NCBI GenBank assembly: GCA_011620345.1
Contig: WOZJ01000050.1
Location: forward strand, 151,976-215,975
Length of the DNA stretch: 64,000 bases
Direction: 5' to 3'
Source: Nitrospirota bacterium
Lineage (GTDB): Bacteria; UBA2233
Shown: positions 49,611-58,210 of the stretch, piece after piece
Numbering within the stretch: position 1 is the first letter of the stretch
How the letters are laid out: every line of letters starts with the position of its first letter
Position numbers and translations under genes: made by a program
The notes under the pieces: generated by a model
Told to the model about the DNA's origin: nothing
The model's database searches: none
What the model saw: only the letters and a program-made list of their open reading frames with translations

Positions 49611-52295
49611 ATGAAACAAGCCAAGAAGTACGTCTATTTTTTTGGACACGGGCAAGCCGAAGGCCATGCAGGCATGAAGGATCTCCTGGGGGGAAAAGGT
49701 GCCGGCCTGTGTGAAATGACGAACCTAGGAGTTCCTGTCCCCTGCGGGTTTATTGTAACTACGGAAGCGTGCATTCTCTACTACAAGCAAGGCAAGAGCC
49801 TGCCTGAAGGATTATATGAAGAGGTCCAAGCGCATCTTTCTCGTCTGGAAGAATCTGTAGGAAAGCGTTTTGGGGACAAAGAAAATCCTCTTTTGGTTTC
49901 GATCCGTTCGGGTGCACGTGTGAGCATGCCGGGAATGATGGATACCGTGCTAAACGTGGGGCTTAACGATATAACCGTACAAGGGCTTGCCCAGAAAACG
50001 AACAATCCGAGGTTCGCCTACGACAGTTACAGGCGTTTTATCGCCATGTTTAGCAGTGTTGTCCTAGGAATTCCGTATGAACATTTTGAAGTCGCGCTTG
50101 ACGACCTAAAGAAATCTATGGGGGTGAACCACGATACCGACTTGGACGCTGATGCGCTGAGGGAGCTTGTGAAGCACTACAAAGGGATTGTCGAGTCGAC
50201 AAAAGGGGCACCATTTCCTTCCGAGCCTAATGATCAGCTCTGGGCTACAATCAAGGCCGTGTTCGAGTCATGGAACAGCCAGAGGGCTACGACATACAGA
50301 AAAATCCACAAGATTTCCGACGACTGGGGAACCGCAGTCAGTGTGGTAAGCATGGTATTTGGTAACATGGGGGAAGATTCGGGTACCGGAGTTTTATTCA
50401 CCAGGAACCCTGCAACCGGCGAGAAGGCTCTTTACGGAGAATACCTACCTAATGCGCAGGGAGAAGACGTCGTTGCCGGCATTCGTACCCCTTATCCCAT
50501 CTCGAAAGACCAAGACGCCAACGGTGCCAAGAATACGCTCGAGGAGCGTATGCCCGCTGTTTATCGAGAAATTAAACAGGTGGCGGCAAAGCTCGAGGCG
50601 CATTATAAAGACATGCAAGACATTGAATTCACCATCGAGAAGGGCAATCTCTGGATCTTGCAGACCCGGTCTGGCAAGCGTACTGCTAGGGCAGCCATGA
50701 AGGCCGCCGTCGATATGGTTCAAGAAAATCTTATTGATAAAGAAACGGCGATCCTTCGTATCTCACCCGACCAACTCAACCAGCTCCTTCATCCCGTGAT
50801 CGACCCAAGGGCAAAAAAAGAAGTGCTATGCAAGGGACTGCCAGCCTCCCCTGGTGCCGTAAACGGCATGCTGGTGTTTACGGCAGACGAAGCAGTTAAG
50901 CGGGCCAATATGGGCGACCGCGTCATTCTTGTGCGTCCCGAGACATCACCGGAGGATATCCATGGGATGTATGCCGCCCAGGGAATTTTGACTGCCCGTG
51001 GTGGCATGACCTCGCATGCGGCTGTTGTCGCGAGAGGCATGGGGAAGTGCTGTATCGTGGGCTGTTCTGAGATCCGTGTTTCAACAGAAAAGAAGGTAGC
51101 CCATGTAGGAGGCCTTGTTCTCAAAGAAGGAGATTGGGTTACGCTCAATGGATCAACCGGAGAGGTCATGAGAGGCATCGTCCCTACGATCGATGCTGTA
51201 ATGAGCGACGATTTTGCGATTTTTATGGAATGGGTCGATGCGGTAAGACGTCTTCGTGTTCGGGCAAACGCTGATACTTCGACGGATTGCGAGGTTGCCC
51301 TCCGATTTGGGGCGGAAGGGGTAGGCCTTTGCAGGACTGAACACATGTTCTTTGCGCCCGACAGGATCCTTGCGGTAAGAGAGATGATTCTTTCTAATGA
51401 ACACGAAGGCCGAAAGAAGGCGCTCGCAAAAATTAAGCCGATGCAAAAGGGGGACTTCGCTGAAATTTTCCGAACGATGGGCGAAAGGCCCGTAATCATC
51501 AGGCTATTGGATCCGCCTTTGCATGAGTTCTTGCCCAAAACAGCCGAAGAAGTCGCCGAGGTAGCTCGAGAGATGCGTCTTGGTCCGGAGGCAATCAAGG
51601 CCCAACGGGCGAAAATGGAAGAGTTCAACCCCATGCTCGGCCATAGAGGTTGCAGGCTAGGGATCACTACGCCTGAAATTTACGAGATGCAGATTGAAGC
51701 AATCCTTGAGGCCGCGTGTGAACTCAAGGCGGAAGGGCTCGATGTACACCCTGAGATCATGGTTCCGCTTGTTGGTACTGAAGAAGAGATTGTCTTCGTC
51801 AAGGACTGCATTGACAAGACTGCCAAGGAGGTAATGGACGCCAAGGGTATTCGCGTGTCCTATAAAGTAGGCACAATGATCGAACTTCCGAGGGCCTGCA
51901 TCGTAGCCGACGATATTGCAAAGGTTGCGGAATTCTTTTCGTTTGGGACTAACGACCTAACCCAGATGACCTTCGGGTTTTCTAGAGACGATGTCGGCAT
52001 TTTCTTACCGGTCTACTTAGAGAAAAAAATTCTCAAGGTAGACCCCTTTGAGTCGATAGATACGCAAGGCGTCGGCCAACTGATCCAGCTTGCCGTAGAG
52101 AAGGGGCGTAAGGCCAGGGCAGGCTTGAGCGTTGGAATCTGCGGGGAGCATGGAGGCGACCCTGATTCTGTGAAGTTCTGCCACAAAGCCGGGTTAGACT
52201 ATGTCAGTTGCTCTCCTTTTCGTGTGCCCATCGCCAAACTTGCCGCCGCTCAAGCGGTCCTGGAAGATAGGATGGCAGCGCAACCTTTGGAATGA
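49611..52295 (+). CDS. ppdK: Pyruvate, phosphate dikinase
   Basis: LLGGKGAGL, SMPGMMDT, GGMTSHAAVVARG, SFGTNDLTQ, GICGEHGG. Confidence 0.99.
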   Translation: MKQAKKYVYFFGHGQAEGHAGMKDLLGGKGAGLCEMTNLGVPVPCGFIVTTEACILYYKQGKSLPEGLYEEVQAHLSRLEESVGKRFGDKENPLLVSIRSGARVSMPGMMDTVLNVGLNDITVQGLAQKTNNPRFAYDSYRRFIAMFSSVVLGIPYEHFEVALDDLKKSMGVNHDTDLDADALRELVKHYKGIVESTKGAPFPSEPNDQLWATIKAVFESWNSQRATTYRKIHKISDDWGTAVSVVSMVFGNMGEDSGTGVLFTRNPATGEKALYGEYLPNAQGEDVVAGIRTPYPISKDQDANGAKNTLEERMPAVYREIKQVAAKLEAHYKDMQDIEFTIEKGNLWILQTRSGKRTARAAMKAAVDMVQENLIDKETAILRISPDQLNQLLHPVIDPRAKKEVLCKGLPASPGAVNGMLVFTADEAVKRANMGDRVILVRPETSPEDIHGMYAAQGILTARGGMTSHAAVVARGMGKCCIVGCSEIRVSTEKKVAHVGGLVLKEGDWVTLNGSTGEVMRGIVPTIDAVMSDDFAIFMEWVDAVRRLRVRANADTSTDCEVALRFGAEGVGLCRTEHMFFAPDRILAVREMILSNEHEGRKKALAKIKPMQKGDFAEIFRTMGERPVIIRLLDPPLHEFLPKTAEEVAEVAREMRLGPEAIKAQRAKMEEFNPMLGHRGCRLGITTPEIYEMQIEAILEAACELKAEGLDVHPEIMVPLVGTEEEIVFVKDCIDKTAKEVMDAKGIRVSYKVGTMIELPRACIVADDIAKVAEFFSFGTNDLTQMTFGFSRDDVGIFLPVYLEKKILKVDPFESIDTQGVGQLIQLAVEKGRKARAGLSVGICGEHGGDPDSVKFCHKAGLDYVSCSPFRVPIAKLAAAQAVLEDRMAAQPLE

Positions 52296-52307
52296 AAACT
52301 TCTCTAT

Positions 52308-52335
52308 CCCGTGGGGGGCGCTTTCCCCCTACGGG
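52308..52335. terminator. GC-rich hairpin between convergent units (probable terminator)
   Basis: CCCGTGGGGGG-cgcttt-CCCCCTACGGG, 11 bp with one G-U; weak U-tracts. Confidence 0.6.
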
Positions 52336-52500
52336 CTTACCTCCCGTTTTGATTTTTAAGGTCTCACAGGCCGTCTTTAACCTTCAATGCTTCTTCCTGG
52401 TCTAGACCGGATACGCCTAGGCTCTCATGGGCCCGTTTTTGCTCGCAGGTGTTGCAGATGTTATCGTCCGAGAGGCCGCAGATAAGCTCGTTTTTTTGAG
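52308..52500 (-). ncRNA. Candidate ~190-nt structured sRNA (alternatively a 48-54 aa ORF at 52364-52528)
   Basis: Minus-strand TTGTAA-16-TATGTT promoter, 11/12-bp end-closing stem, terminal hairpin. Confidence 0.35.
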
Positions 52501-52545
52501 TAGTTAACATAATAGTTCTTATGCGCATTACAATGACTTGCTTCT

Positions 52546-53163
52546 TTAGGGTGTCTCTGCCTCCAAATAGGCTGCAACGCGGATAAGGAAATCCGGGCTG
52601 TCCGGACTCAACGAAGCTTCGAGTTTTTTAGGGCTGTTTTCCGATAGCGCCTCTATAAAAGCGGCAGCCTCCTTAAAAACTTCGTAGGAGACATTGTCCT
52701 TTTTTGTAATCAGCAGATTTTCGCTTACAGCCTTTGGGTCGCGTTGCCACAGAGCGATCCTTGCCCTAGAGTATCCCCGGATACCTCTAAGGAAAGGATC
52801 CTTTGGCATCTCTGTTTTAGGGAGGCCGTTTAAGTTGTTGGGACCGTCAGTCTTTTTAAGAAAAGCGCTTTCGGCTAGTACTTCTGCCAAGCCTGCCATA
52901 TTAGGGTGTCCAAATTCTGGGAGCTTCTGAAGATGCTCCGAGGGCTCAATTTTCGAATCTTGGAGTTGCGATATATAAGTATACAATGATGCAACATCAT
53001 GCTCTGTCTGACTATTTAAACGAAACCTGTATCCGAGCACCGCCAAAGCAAAAAGAAGTGCAATAACAATAGAAGCGGCAATGTGACGCCCATACCTATG
53101 CCATATGCGGAGCACGGCGTGCTCCTTAGGTAAGCTATACTCATGCCTTGTACGTTTATCCAT
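52546..53163 (-). CDS. Membrane-anchored helical protein, YfgM/TPR-like (divergent)
   Basis: W..Y motif, one N-terminal TM helix then helical domain; overlaps the miaB stop. Confidence 0.6.
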   Translation of the reverse strand: MDKRTRHEYSLPKEHAVLRIWHRYGRHIAASIVIALLFALAVLGYRFRLNSQTEHDVASLYTYISQLQDSKIEPSEHLQKLPEFGHPNMAGLAEVLAESAFLKKTDGPNNLNGLPKTEMPKDPFLRGIRGYSRARIALWQRDPKAVSENLLITKKDNVSYEVFKEAAAFIEALSENSPKKLEASLSPDSPDFLIRVAAYLEAETP

Positions 53164-54490
53164 TGTATTGACCTTTCAGCGTGTGGCGAAGCGCTTCAAG
53201 AATCAACACAGGAACTATCTTTCCAACCAGCGATGGTTTGCCAGGAAAAACCACCGTTTTGTTGTCCAATGTCCGACCCATAAGTTCTTCCTTGCTCATT
53301 TTACTCAGCTTTTCGACCAGAACCTCTTGGGAAGATCCGACGACCTTAAGGAGGCTTTTTTGAGCGATGCGTTGTGTTACGTCTTGAAGCATGGCAAGCC
53401 TTTCTTTTTTCACTTCTTTTGAAACATGGCCTTCCATCTTTCCAGCCTCCGTAAAGGGGCGTCTTGAATATTTAAACGAGAATGAAGAATCAAACCCAAC
53501 CTCTTCTACAAGCCGAAGTGTGGATTGGAAGTCTTCGTTGGTTTCCGTGGGAAATCCAACAATCAGGTCGGTAGTCAGTGAGATGTCGGGGCGTGCCCGC
53601 CTGAGTCTCTCGACGGTCGCGAGGTAATCCTTGCGGGTATAGCCTCGACGCATCAAGCCGAGGATCCTGTCTGACCCCGACTGAACGGGCAAATGGAGGT
53701 GTGGACAGACCGTTCGAAGTGAAGCGAAACATTCAACTAGCGAACCGTCGACATCTGTCGGGTTTGAGGTAGTAAACCGTATCCGTTCGAGCCCAGGGAT
53801 GCGATCAAGCTCATGAAGGAGCTCGGGAAACGCGATGTCTTGTGTATGTTTGCCGTATCGGTTTACGTTTTGGCCTAAGAGTACAAGCTCACGGACGCCT
53901 TGTCCTATGAGCCTTTTAGCATGCATAAGGACAGCTCTACTCGAGCGCGATACTTCCGGACCCCGCACATGTGGCACGATGCAAAATGAGCACTTGTGGT
54001 CGCAGCCTTGCATAATCGTCAAGAATGCTGTAGGCCCATGGGTTTTATTGTTGCATGGGAATAGCGATTCTTCGAAGCCTTCGGGTTGGTCCATAAGCAT
54101 TGTCTTTGGTGTGACGAGAGGGCTTAGTTCCCGAAGGGCCCTTAAATGCTCCGGGATTTTGTGGAGGCTGTAAGAATTGAAGAGAAAATCGACGCCCCAA
54201 AAACGCTCGAGAAGCGCCCTTCCCTCTTGCTTGGCGACGCAGCCGCCTATTCCAAGAACAAGCCCGGGGTTTTTCCGCTTGAGCCGCTGCACCCTGCTGG
54301 CGAAGGTATACACCTTTTGCTCCGGTTTTTCACGGACACTACAAGTGTGCAACAAGACGACATCAGCGAGCTCTGGGGATTCAGCAAGCATACAGCCGCC
54401 CTCTTCGAGAATCGTTGCGAGACGGCTCGCATCGTCCTCGTTCATTTGGCAACCGTATACCTCAAGGTAAACACGCACCAACGCGTCCAC
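53156..54490 (-). CDS. miaB: tRNA ms2i6A37 methylthiotransferase
   Basis: YGCQMN..D, TCSVRE, GC..KCSFCIVP radical-SAM motif, LLGQNVN.YG, TRAM domain. Confidence 0.97.
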   Translation of the reverse strand: MDALVRVYLEVYGCQMNEDDASRLATILEEGGCMLAESPELADVVLLHTCSVREKPEQKVYTFASRVQRLKRKNPGLVLGIGGCVAKQEGRALLERFWGVDFLFNSYSLHKIPEHLRALRELSPLVTPKTMLMDQPEGFEESLFPCNNKTHGPTAFLTIMQGCDHKCSFCIVPHVRGPEVSRSSRAVLMHAKRLIGQGVRELVLLGQNVNRYGKHTQDIAFPELLHELDRIPGLERIRFTTSNPTDVDGSLVECFASLRTVCPHLHLPVQSGSDRILGLMRRGYTRKDYLATVERLRRARPDISLTTDLIVGFPTETNEDFQSTLRLVEEVGFDSSFSFKYSRRPFTEAGKMEGHVSKEVKKERLAMLQDVTQRIAQKSLLKVVGSSQEVLVEKLSKMSKEELMGRTLDNKTVVFPGKPSLVGKIVPVLILEALRHTLKGQYNG

Positions 54491-54496
54491 TACCCC

Positions 54497-54525
54497 TAGA
54501 CAAAAGGAATAGGAATGGTTATACT
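54497..54525 (+). promoter_or_regulatory. Sigma70 promoter upstream of the RpoD-type sigma gene
   Basis: TAGACA (54497-502), 17 nt, TATACT (54520-25). Confidence 0.6.
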
Positions 54526-54756
54526 GGAATATTATACGGCTTTATCTTTCAACCAACGCGGGGCGCCTTTTTATTCCCGGCCTAAACCAAGGGTTGTGTT
54601 GGTCCATCCGTGCGCTCTAGGATTCAAAAATTCTCGCGTTTATCCCGTAGTACTCGTAGCTTAACACAACCTCTCGGCGAAGGGAAACGTCGGAGAGGGT
54701 ACTTTCTCGTCAACCCGTCGATGTTTTTGTTTATTACCTGCGAGGAGGAGCTACGT

Positions 54757-56406
54757 ATGAAGCAAAGTGACAGGGAGATGCAAGGAACTGGCCCTACAAA
54801 AGACACCCGTAGGGCAGGCTCTCGGCAATCCCTGAACCTTGAAAAGCTCACAAAGGTCCTTCCCAGCGACTTCTTGCTCGATGAGCACCTTGAAGATGAA
54901 GCGAAAAGCTCTGGAAGGTCTTCTATAAAACGCCATAAGGCCCTTTCGCACGGCGATAGTGGCGAAAGAGAGGATGCCAACGATGATCCTTTGGCCCGAA
55001 GCAACGACCCGGTCAAACTTTACCTTCAGGACATGGGGGAAATCAGCCTTTTAAGCAAACACGAAGAGGTAGAGATTGCAAAAAGGTTTGAGCACGGCAA
55101 GCAGCAGGTTTTTGCCCTTTTGTTCCAGCCACCCTATACGTTGCGTAAGCTCTTGAGCCATCTTGAAGGGATTCGCGAGGGGAGGATATCTGCGCGCTAC
55201 ATACTAGATGATCCGACGGACCTTGCGGGCGACCAAGATGCCGATGAGGACGAAAGGGAGGATGCCGCCCCACGTCTCCCTATGAAGACGCTCGAAGAGG
55301 CCATCGCTTCAGTTAGGCAAATCCTAGAGGACATGGAAGACAAAGACGCGCGCTCCTCCTTGGTTGTATCCCTAGGATCCTTGAAGCTCCATAAAGCCTG
55401 CACAGACAGGCTTACCCGTAGGCTTGAGCTCTTCTTGAGAATTATGCATAAGAAGCAAAGAAAAATTGAGGAGTTCGAAAGACTTTCGATTGGGAATCGT
55501 ATGGTGTTTGACTTGCATACAGGCTCAAGGGTGGAGGTTTCCGACTACGAGAAAAGGCGAAATGAAGCCGAGGAAAGTCTTGAGCGTCTGGAAAAACGCG
55601 TTGGGATAAAGTATGAAGCCTTAAAGGTGCTGTTAAAAGAGCTTCGGGAAACCCAAATTCAGGTGCAAGAAGTAAAGAACGAAATGGTTCGGGCTAACCT
55701 GCGGCTTGTGGTCAGCATCGCCAAAAAGTACGTAAACCAGGGGCTTTCCTTCTTGGACCTCATTCAGGAGGGGAATATAGGCCTCATGAAGGCGGTCGAC
55801 AAGTTTGATTACGGGAAGGGGTATAAATTCTCCACCTACGCTACGTGGTGGATTCGACAATCGGTAACTCGGGCGATTGCAGATCAGGCTCGTACCATAC
55901 GCATCCCCGTTCATATGACTGAATCAATCAACAGGCTTACGCGAATCAAGCGGACGTTTATCAGAGAAAACGAGCGCGAACCGACGGTCTACGAACTCGC
56001 CGATCGAATGGATATGCCCCCAAAAAAGGTGCAAATGATTTTAAAGGCCATCAAAAAGACTGTGTCGCTCGAAAGCCCGGTAGGAGATAACAACGACTCT
56101 GAGCTTGGCGATTTCCTGGAGAACGAGGAGTCTGTCAACCCCTTCGAGGTCGTTCAGGAAAAAAACCTTTCGGCGGTCGTCCGGAAAGTCCTTGCGACGC
56201 TTACGCCCAGGGAGGAGAAGATCATTCGGATGCGCTACGGGATTGGAGACCGCATCCCACGCACCCTAGAAGAAGTCGGAGAGATTTTTCATGTAACGCG
56301 CGAACGAATCCGTCAAATCGAGGCCAAAGCGCTCAATAGGCTGCGCCACCCATCAAAAAATTACACACTCCAGGAGTTTATCGGCGAAAGCCAAGGCCAA
56401 GGGTAA
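54757..56406 (+). CDS. rpoD: RpoD-type (group 1-like) sigma70 factor, probably a paralog
   Basis: DPVKLYL region 1.2, [53 protein letters not shown]; SD GAGGAGG before ATG 54757. Confidence 0.92.
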   Translation: MKQSDREMQGTGPTKDTRRAGSRQSLNLEKLTKVLPSDFLLDEHLEDEAKSSGRSSIKRHKALSHGDSGEREDANDDPLARSNDPVKLYLQDMGEISLLSKHEEVEIAKRFEHGKQQVFALLFQPPYTLRKLLSHLEGIREGRISARYILDDPTDLAGDQDADEDEREDAAPRLPMKTLEEAIASVRQILEDMEDKDARSSLVVSLGSLKLHKACTDRLTRRLELFLRIMHKKQRKIEEFERLSIGNRMVFDLHTGSRVEVSDYEKRRNEAEESLERLEKRVGIKYEALKVLLKELRETQIQVQEVKNEMVRANLRLVVSIAKKYVNQGLSFLDLIQEGNIGLMKAVDKFDYGKGYKFSTYATWWIRQSVTRAIADQARTIRIPVHMTESINRLTRIKRTFIRENEREPTVYELADRMDMPPKKVQMILKAIKKTVSLESPVGDNNDSELGDFLENEESVNPFEVVQEKNLSAVVRKVLATLTPREEKIIRMRYGIGDRIPRTLEEVGEIFHVTRERIRQIEAKALNRLRHPSKNYTLQEFIGESQGQG

Positions 56407-56811
56407 AGATGAGGTAGTCGCGCTTGGGATGGGGGTCTGGATAACCCAGCCCCCCTCTTCTTTCTTCCAGCGCTCTTTTATGATCTCTTCTCTGTACCTG
56501 TTGTCTGGATAGAGGATGTAACGCTTACGAACCTCTACCGTTGCAGCACGGCGGTTTTTGTCCCAGACTACATTCAAGATTTCAAACTCTATCAGGTCTA
56601 GGCGCTTTTCTAGCGTGTCTTTGTTGGCAAGCAACCTGCCCTTGTTACTTTTTTCCAAGAAAGAAGCGGCCTTTTCGTAGTCTCGCCATTTTAGCGCTTG
56701 ATTGTACGTATAGGAGGCCCTTTTGGCCGAGAGAGTCTTTTGATAGGAACATCCAGCTGCAAATACCATTATTGCAAGGCACGGCAATAGGATTCGAAGA
56801 GGTTGTTTCAT
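56353..56811 (-). CDS. Putative lipoprotein
   Basis: ATG 56811, signal peptide with lipobox AAGC; last gene of the minus operon. Confidence 0.72.
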   Translation of the reverse strand: MKQPLRILLPCLAIMVFAAGCSYQKTLSAKRASYTYNQALKWRDYEKAASFLEKSNKGRLLANKDTLEKRLDLIEFEILNVVWDKNRRAATVEVRKRYILYPDNRYREEIIKERWKKEEGGWVIQTPIPSATTSSLPLALAFADKLLECVIF

Positions 56812-56821
56812 GGTAGGGCTC

Positions 56822-57778
56822 CTATGTCTCGTCAACAACTTGCTGTTTGAATCTCTCGAAAAGTTTGTTCGACATGGTGTAAGGGTTAAGGATTTCATCC
56901 TTCCAGGCACCTTCAAGAAGATGGTTCAGCTTCGTCTCCAGAAGATGAAGGATCTTGTCTTGCATCCTTCCTATAACAAGCTGCTTTGCAATTTGCTCTT
57001 CTTTGAGTCTTCGTCGTCCTGCTTTATTCAAATACGTCCAATGCGCCTTGATCGCCTCCTGCAGCTCTTTAAGCCCTTGATCGTACGCAGGGCTTGTCAA
57101 GATTACCCGTGGCTGCCAATCCTCCGGGGCGTAGGCCTTCATGCCGATCAGGTCCTCGATCTCGGACTGGAGCGTGCGGGCTGAATCTTTATCCGCCTTA
57201 TTGACGACGTAAATGTCTGCAATTTCCATGATCCCAGCCTTTAGGCTCTGGATGGAATCTCCAAGCCCTGGCGCAAGCACGACGAGCGTGGTGTGGGAAA
57301 CTCGCAAGACCTCCACTTCGTCCTGTCCGGTACCCACCGTTTCAACGAAGATCGGACTATACCCCATTGCTTGCATGACGACGAGAGAATCCTGGAGAGA
57401 GGCCGAGAGCCCCCCCATCCTCCCACGGCTTGCAAGGCTTCGGATAAACACGTCAGGGTCCGACGCGTGACGGGACATTCGAATTCTGTCGCCCAACAAA
57501 GCGCCTCCGGTAAAAGGACTCGAAGGGTCGATCGCCAAGACCCCAACGCATGCCCCTCCTTCCCTCTCCTTGGCCACCAGCGCATCGATAAGCGTACTCT
57601 TGCCCACGCCGGGAGGGCCCGTAAGCCCGATCACCTGGGATGGCTTTCGTTCGGGGTAGATCTTTTCCAAAATTTCTATGGTCTTCGGGTCTTGATCATC
57701 TACGGCCCGCAGAAGGCGGGATGCGGTAAGGGCATCCTTCTTGAGGATGCCCTCGAGGATGGCTTGTACCTTCGGCAA
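56822..57778 (-). CDS. meaB: B12-mutase GTPase chaperone MeaB/ArgK
   Basis: GLTGPPGVGKST, DPSSPFTGGALLGDRIRM, ETVG.GQ.E, NKAD. Confidence 0.97.
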   Translation of the reverse strand: MPKVQAILEGILKKDALTASRLLRAVDDQDPKTIEILEKIYPERKPSQVIGLTGPPGVGKSTLIDALVAKEREGGACVGVLAIDPSSPFTGGALLGDRIRMSRHASDPDVFIRSLASRGRMGGLSASLQDSLVVMQAMGYSPIFVETVGTGQDEVEVLRVSHTTLVVLAPGLGDSIQSLKAGIMEIADIYVVNKADKDSARTLQSEIEDLIGMKAYAPEDWQPRVILTSPAYDQGLKELQEAIKAHWTYLNKAGRRRLKEEQIAKQLVIGRMQDKILHLLETKLNHLLEGAWKDEILNPYTMSNKLFERFKQQVVDET

Positions 57779-57790
57779 GGGGAACCTTTC

Positions 57791-58198
57791 TTACAGGCTT
57801 TGAGGAACGATATTATCTTCTATCCACTTTACGATCTGATCTGTGAGGGCTCCTGGTGTGAAGGTCTCCTTAACCCCCATCTTCTTCAAGGCGACGATGT
57901 CTTCGGGGGGGATAATCCCGCCTCCAAAAACGGGAATGGTCGCCCCCTTCTCTTTTAGAAGGCAAAGAACCCTCTCGAACAGCTCAAGGTGGGCTCCGGA
58001 CAGGATGCTAAGCCCTATTGCATCCACGCCCTCTTGGATTGCCATATTCACGATCGCTTCAGGTGTTTGGTGGAGCCCGGTGTAAACCACCTCAAACCCG
58101 GCATCTCGAAGCGCGCGCGCGACGATCTTGACTCCCCTGTCATGGCCGTCAAGGCCAACTTTCCCGATTAAAAGACGAACCTTCTTTTCCATACTCAA
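57791..58198 (-). CDS. Cobalamin-binding small subunit of acyl-CoA mutase (IcmB-like)
   Basis: GLDGHDRG (DxHxxG), [15 protein letters not shown]. Confidence 0.95.
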   Translation of the reverse strand: MSMEKKVRLLIGKVGLDGHDRGVKIVARALRDAGFEVVYTGLHQTPEAIVNMAIQEGVDAIGLSILSGAHLELFERVLCLLKEKGATIPVFGGGIIPPEDIVALKKMGVKETFTPGALTDQIVKWIEDNIVPQSL

Positions 58199-58210
58199 GC
58201 GCTCTTTTCT

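Noticed and set aside
50789-51667. Long antisense ORFs (also 15423-16130, 40311-40919, 61526-62242 and others)
   Set aside because: Shadow ORFs opposite highly conserved genes, with no recognisable motifs or RBS.
46638-52295. glyQ-glyS-ppdK linkage
   Set aside because: Known conserved synteny in alpha- and delta-proteobacteria.
52364-52528. Small ORF as HU/IHF remnant or SCIFF/RiPP precursor
   Set aside because: Faint 'KNELI' likeness only, with no GFGxF or RNPxTG. It has three Cys, and the nearby radical SAM enzyme is clearly MiaB.
54550-54605. CCGGCCTAAACC resembles part of the c-di-GMP-I (GEMM) riboswitch
   Set aside because: The required upstream GGCAAA...GAAA...GACGCAAAG elements are absent.
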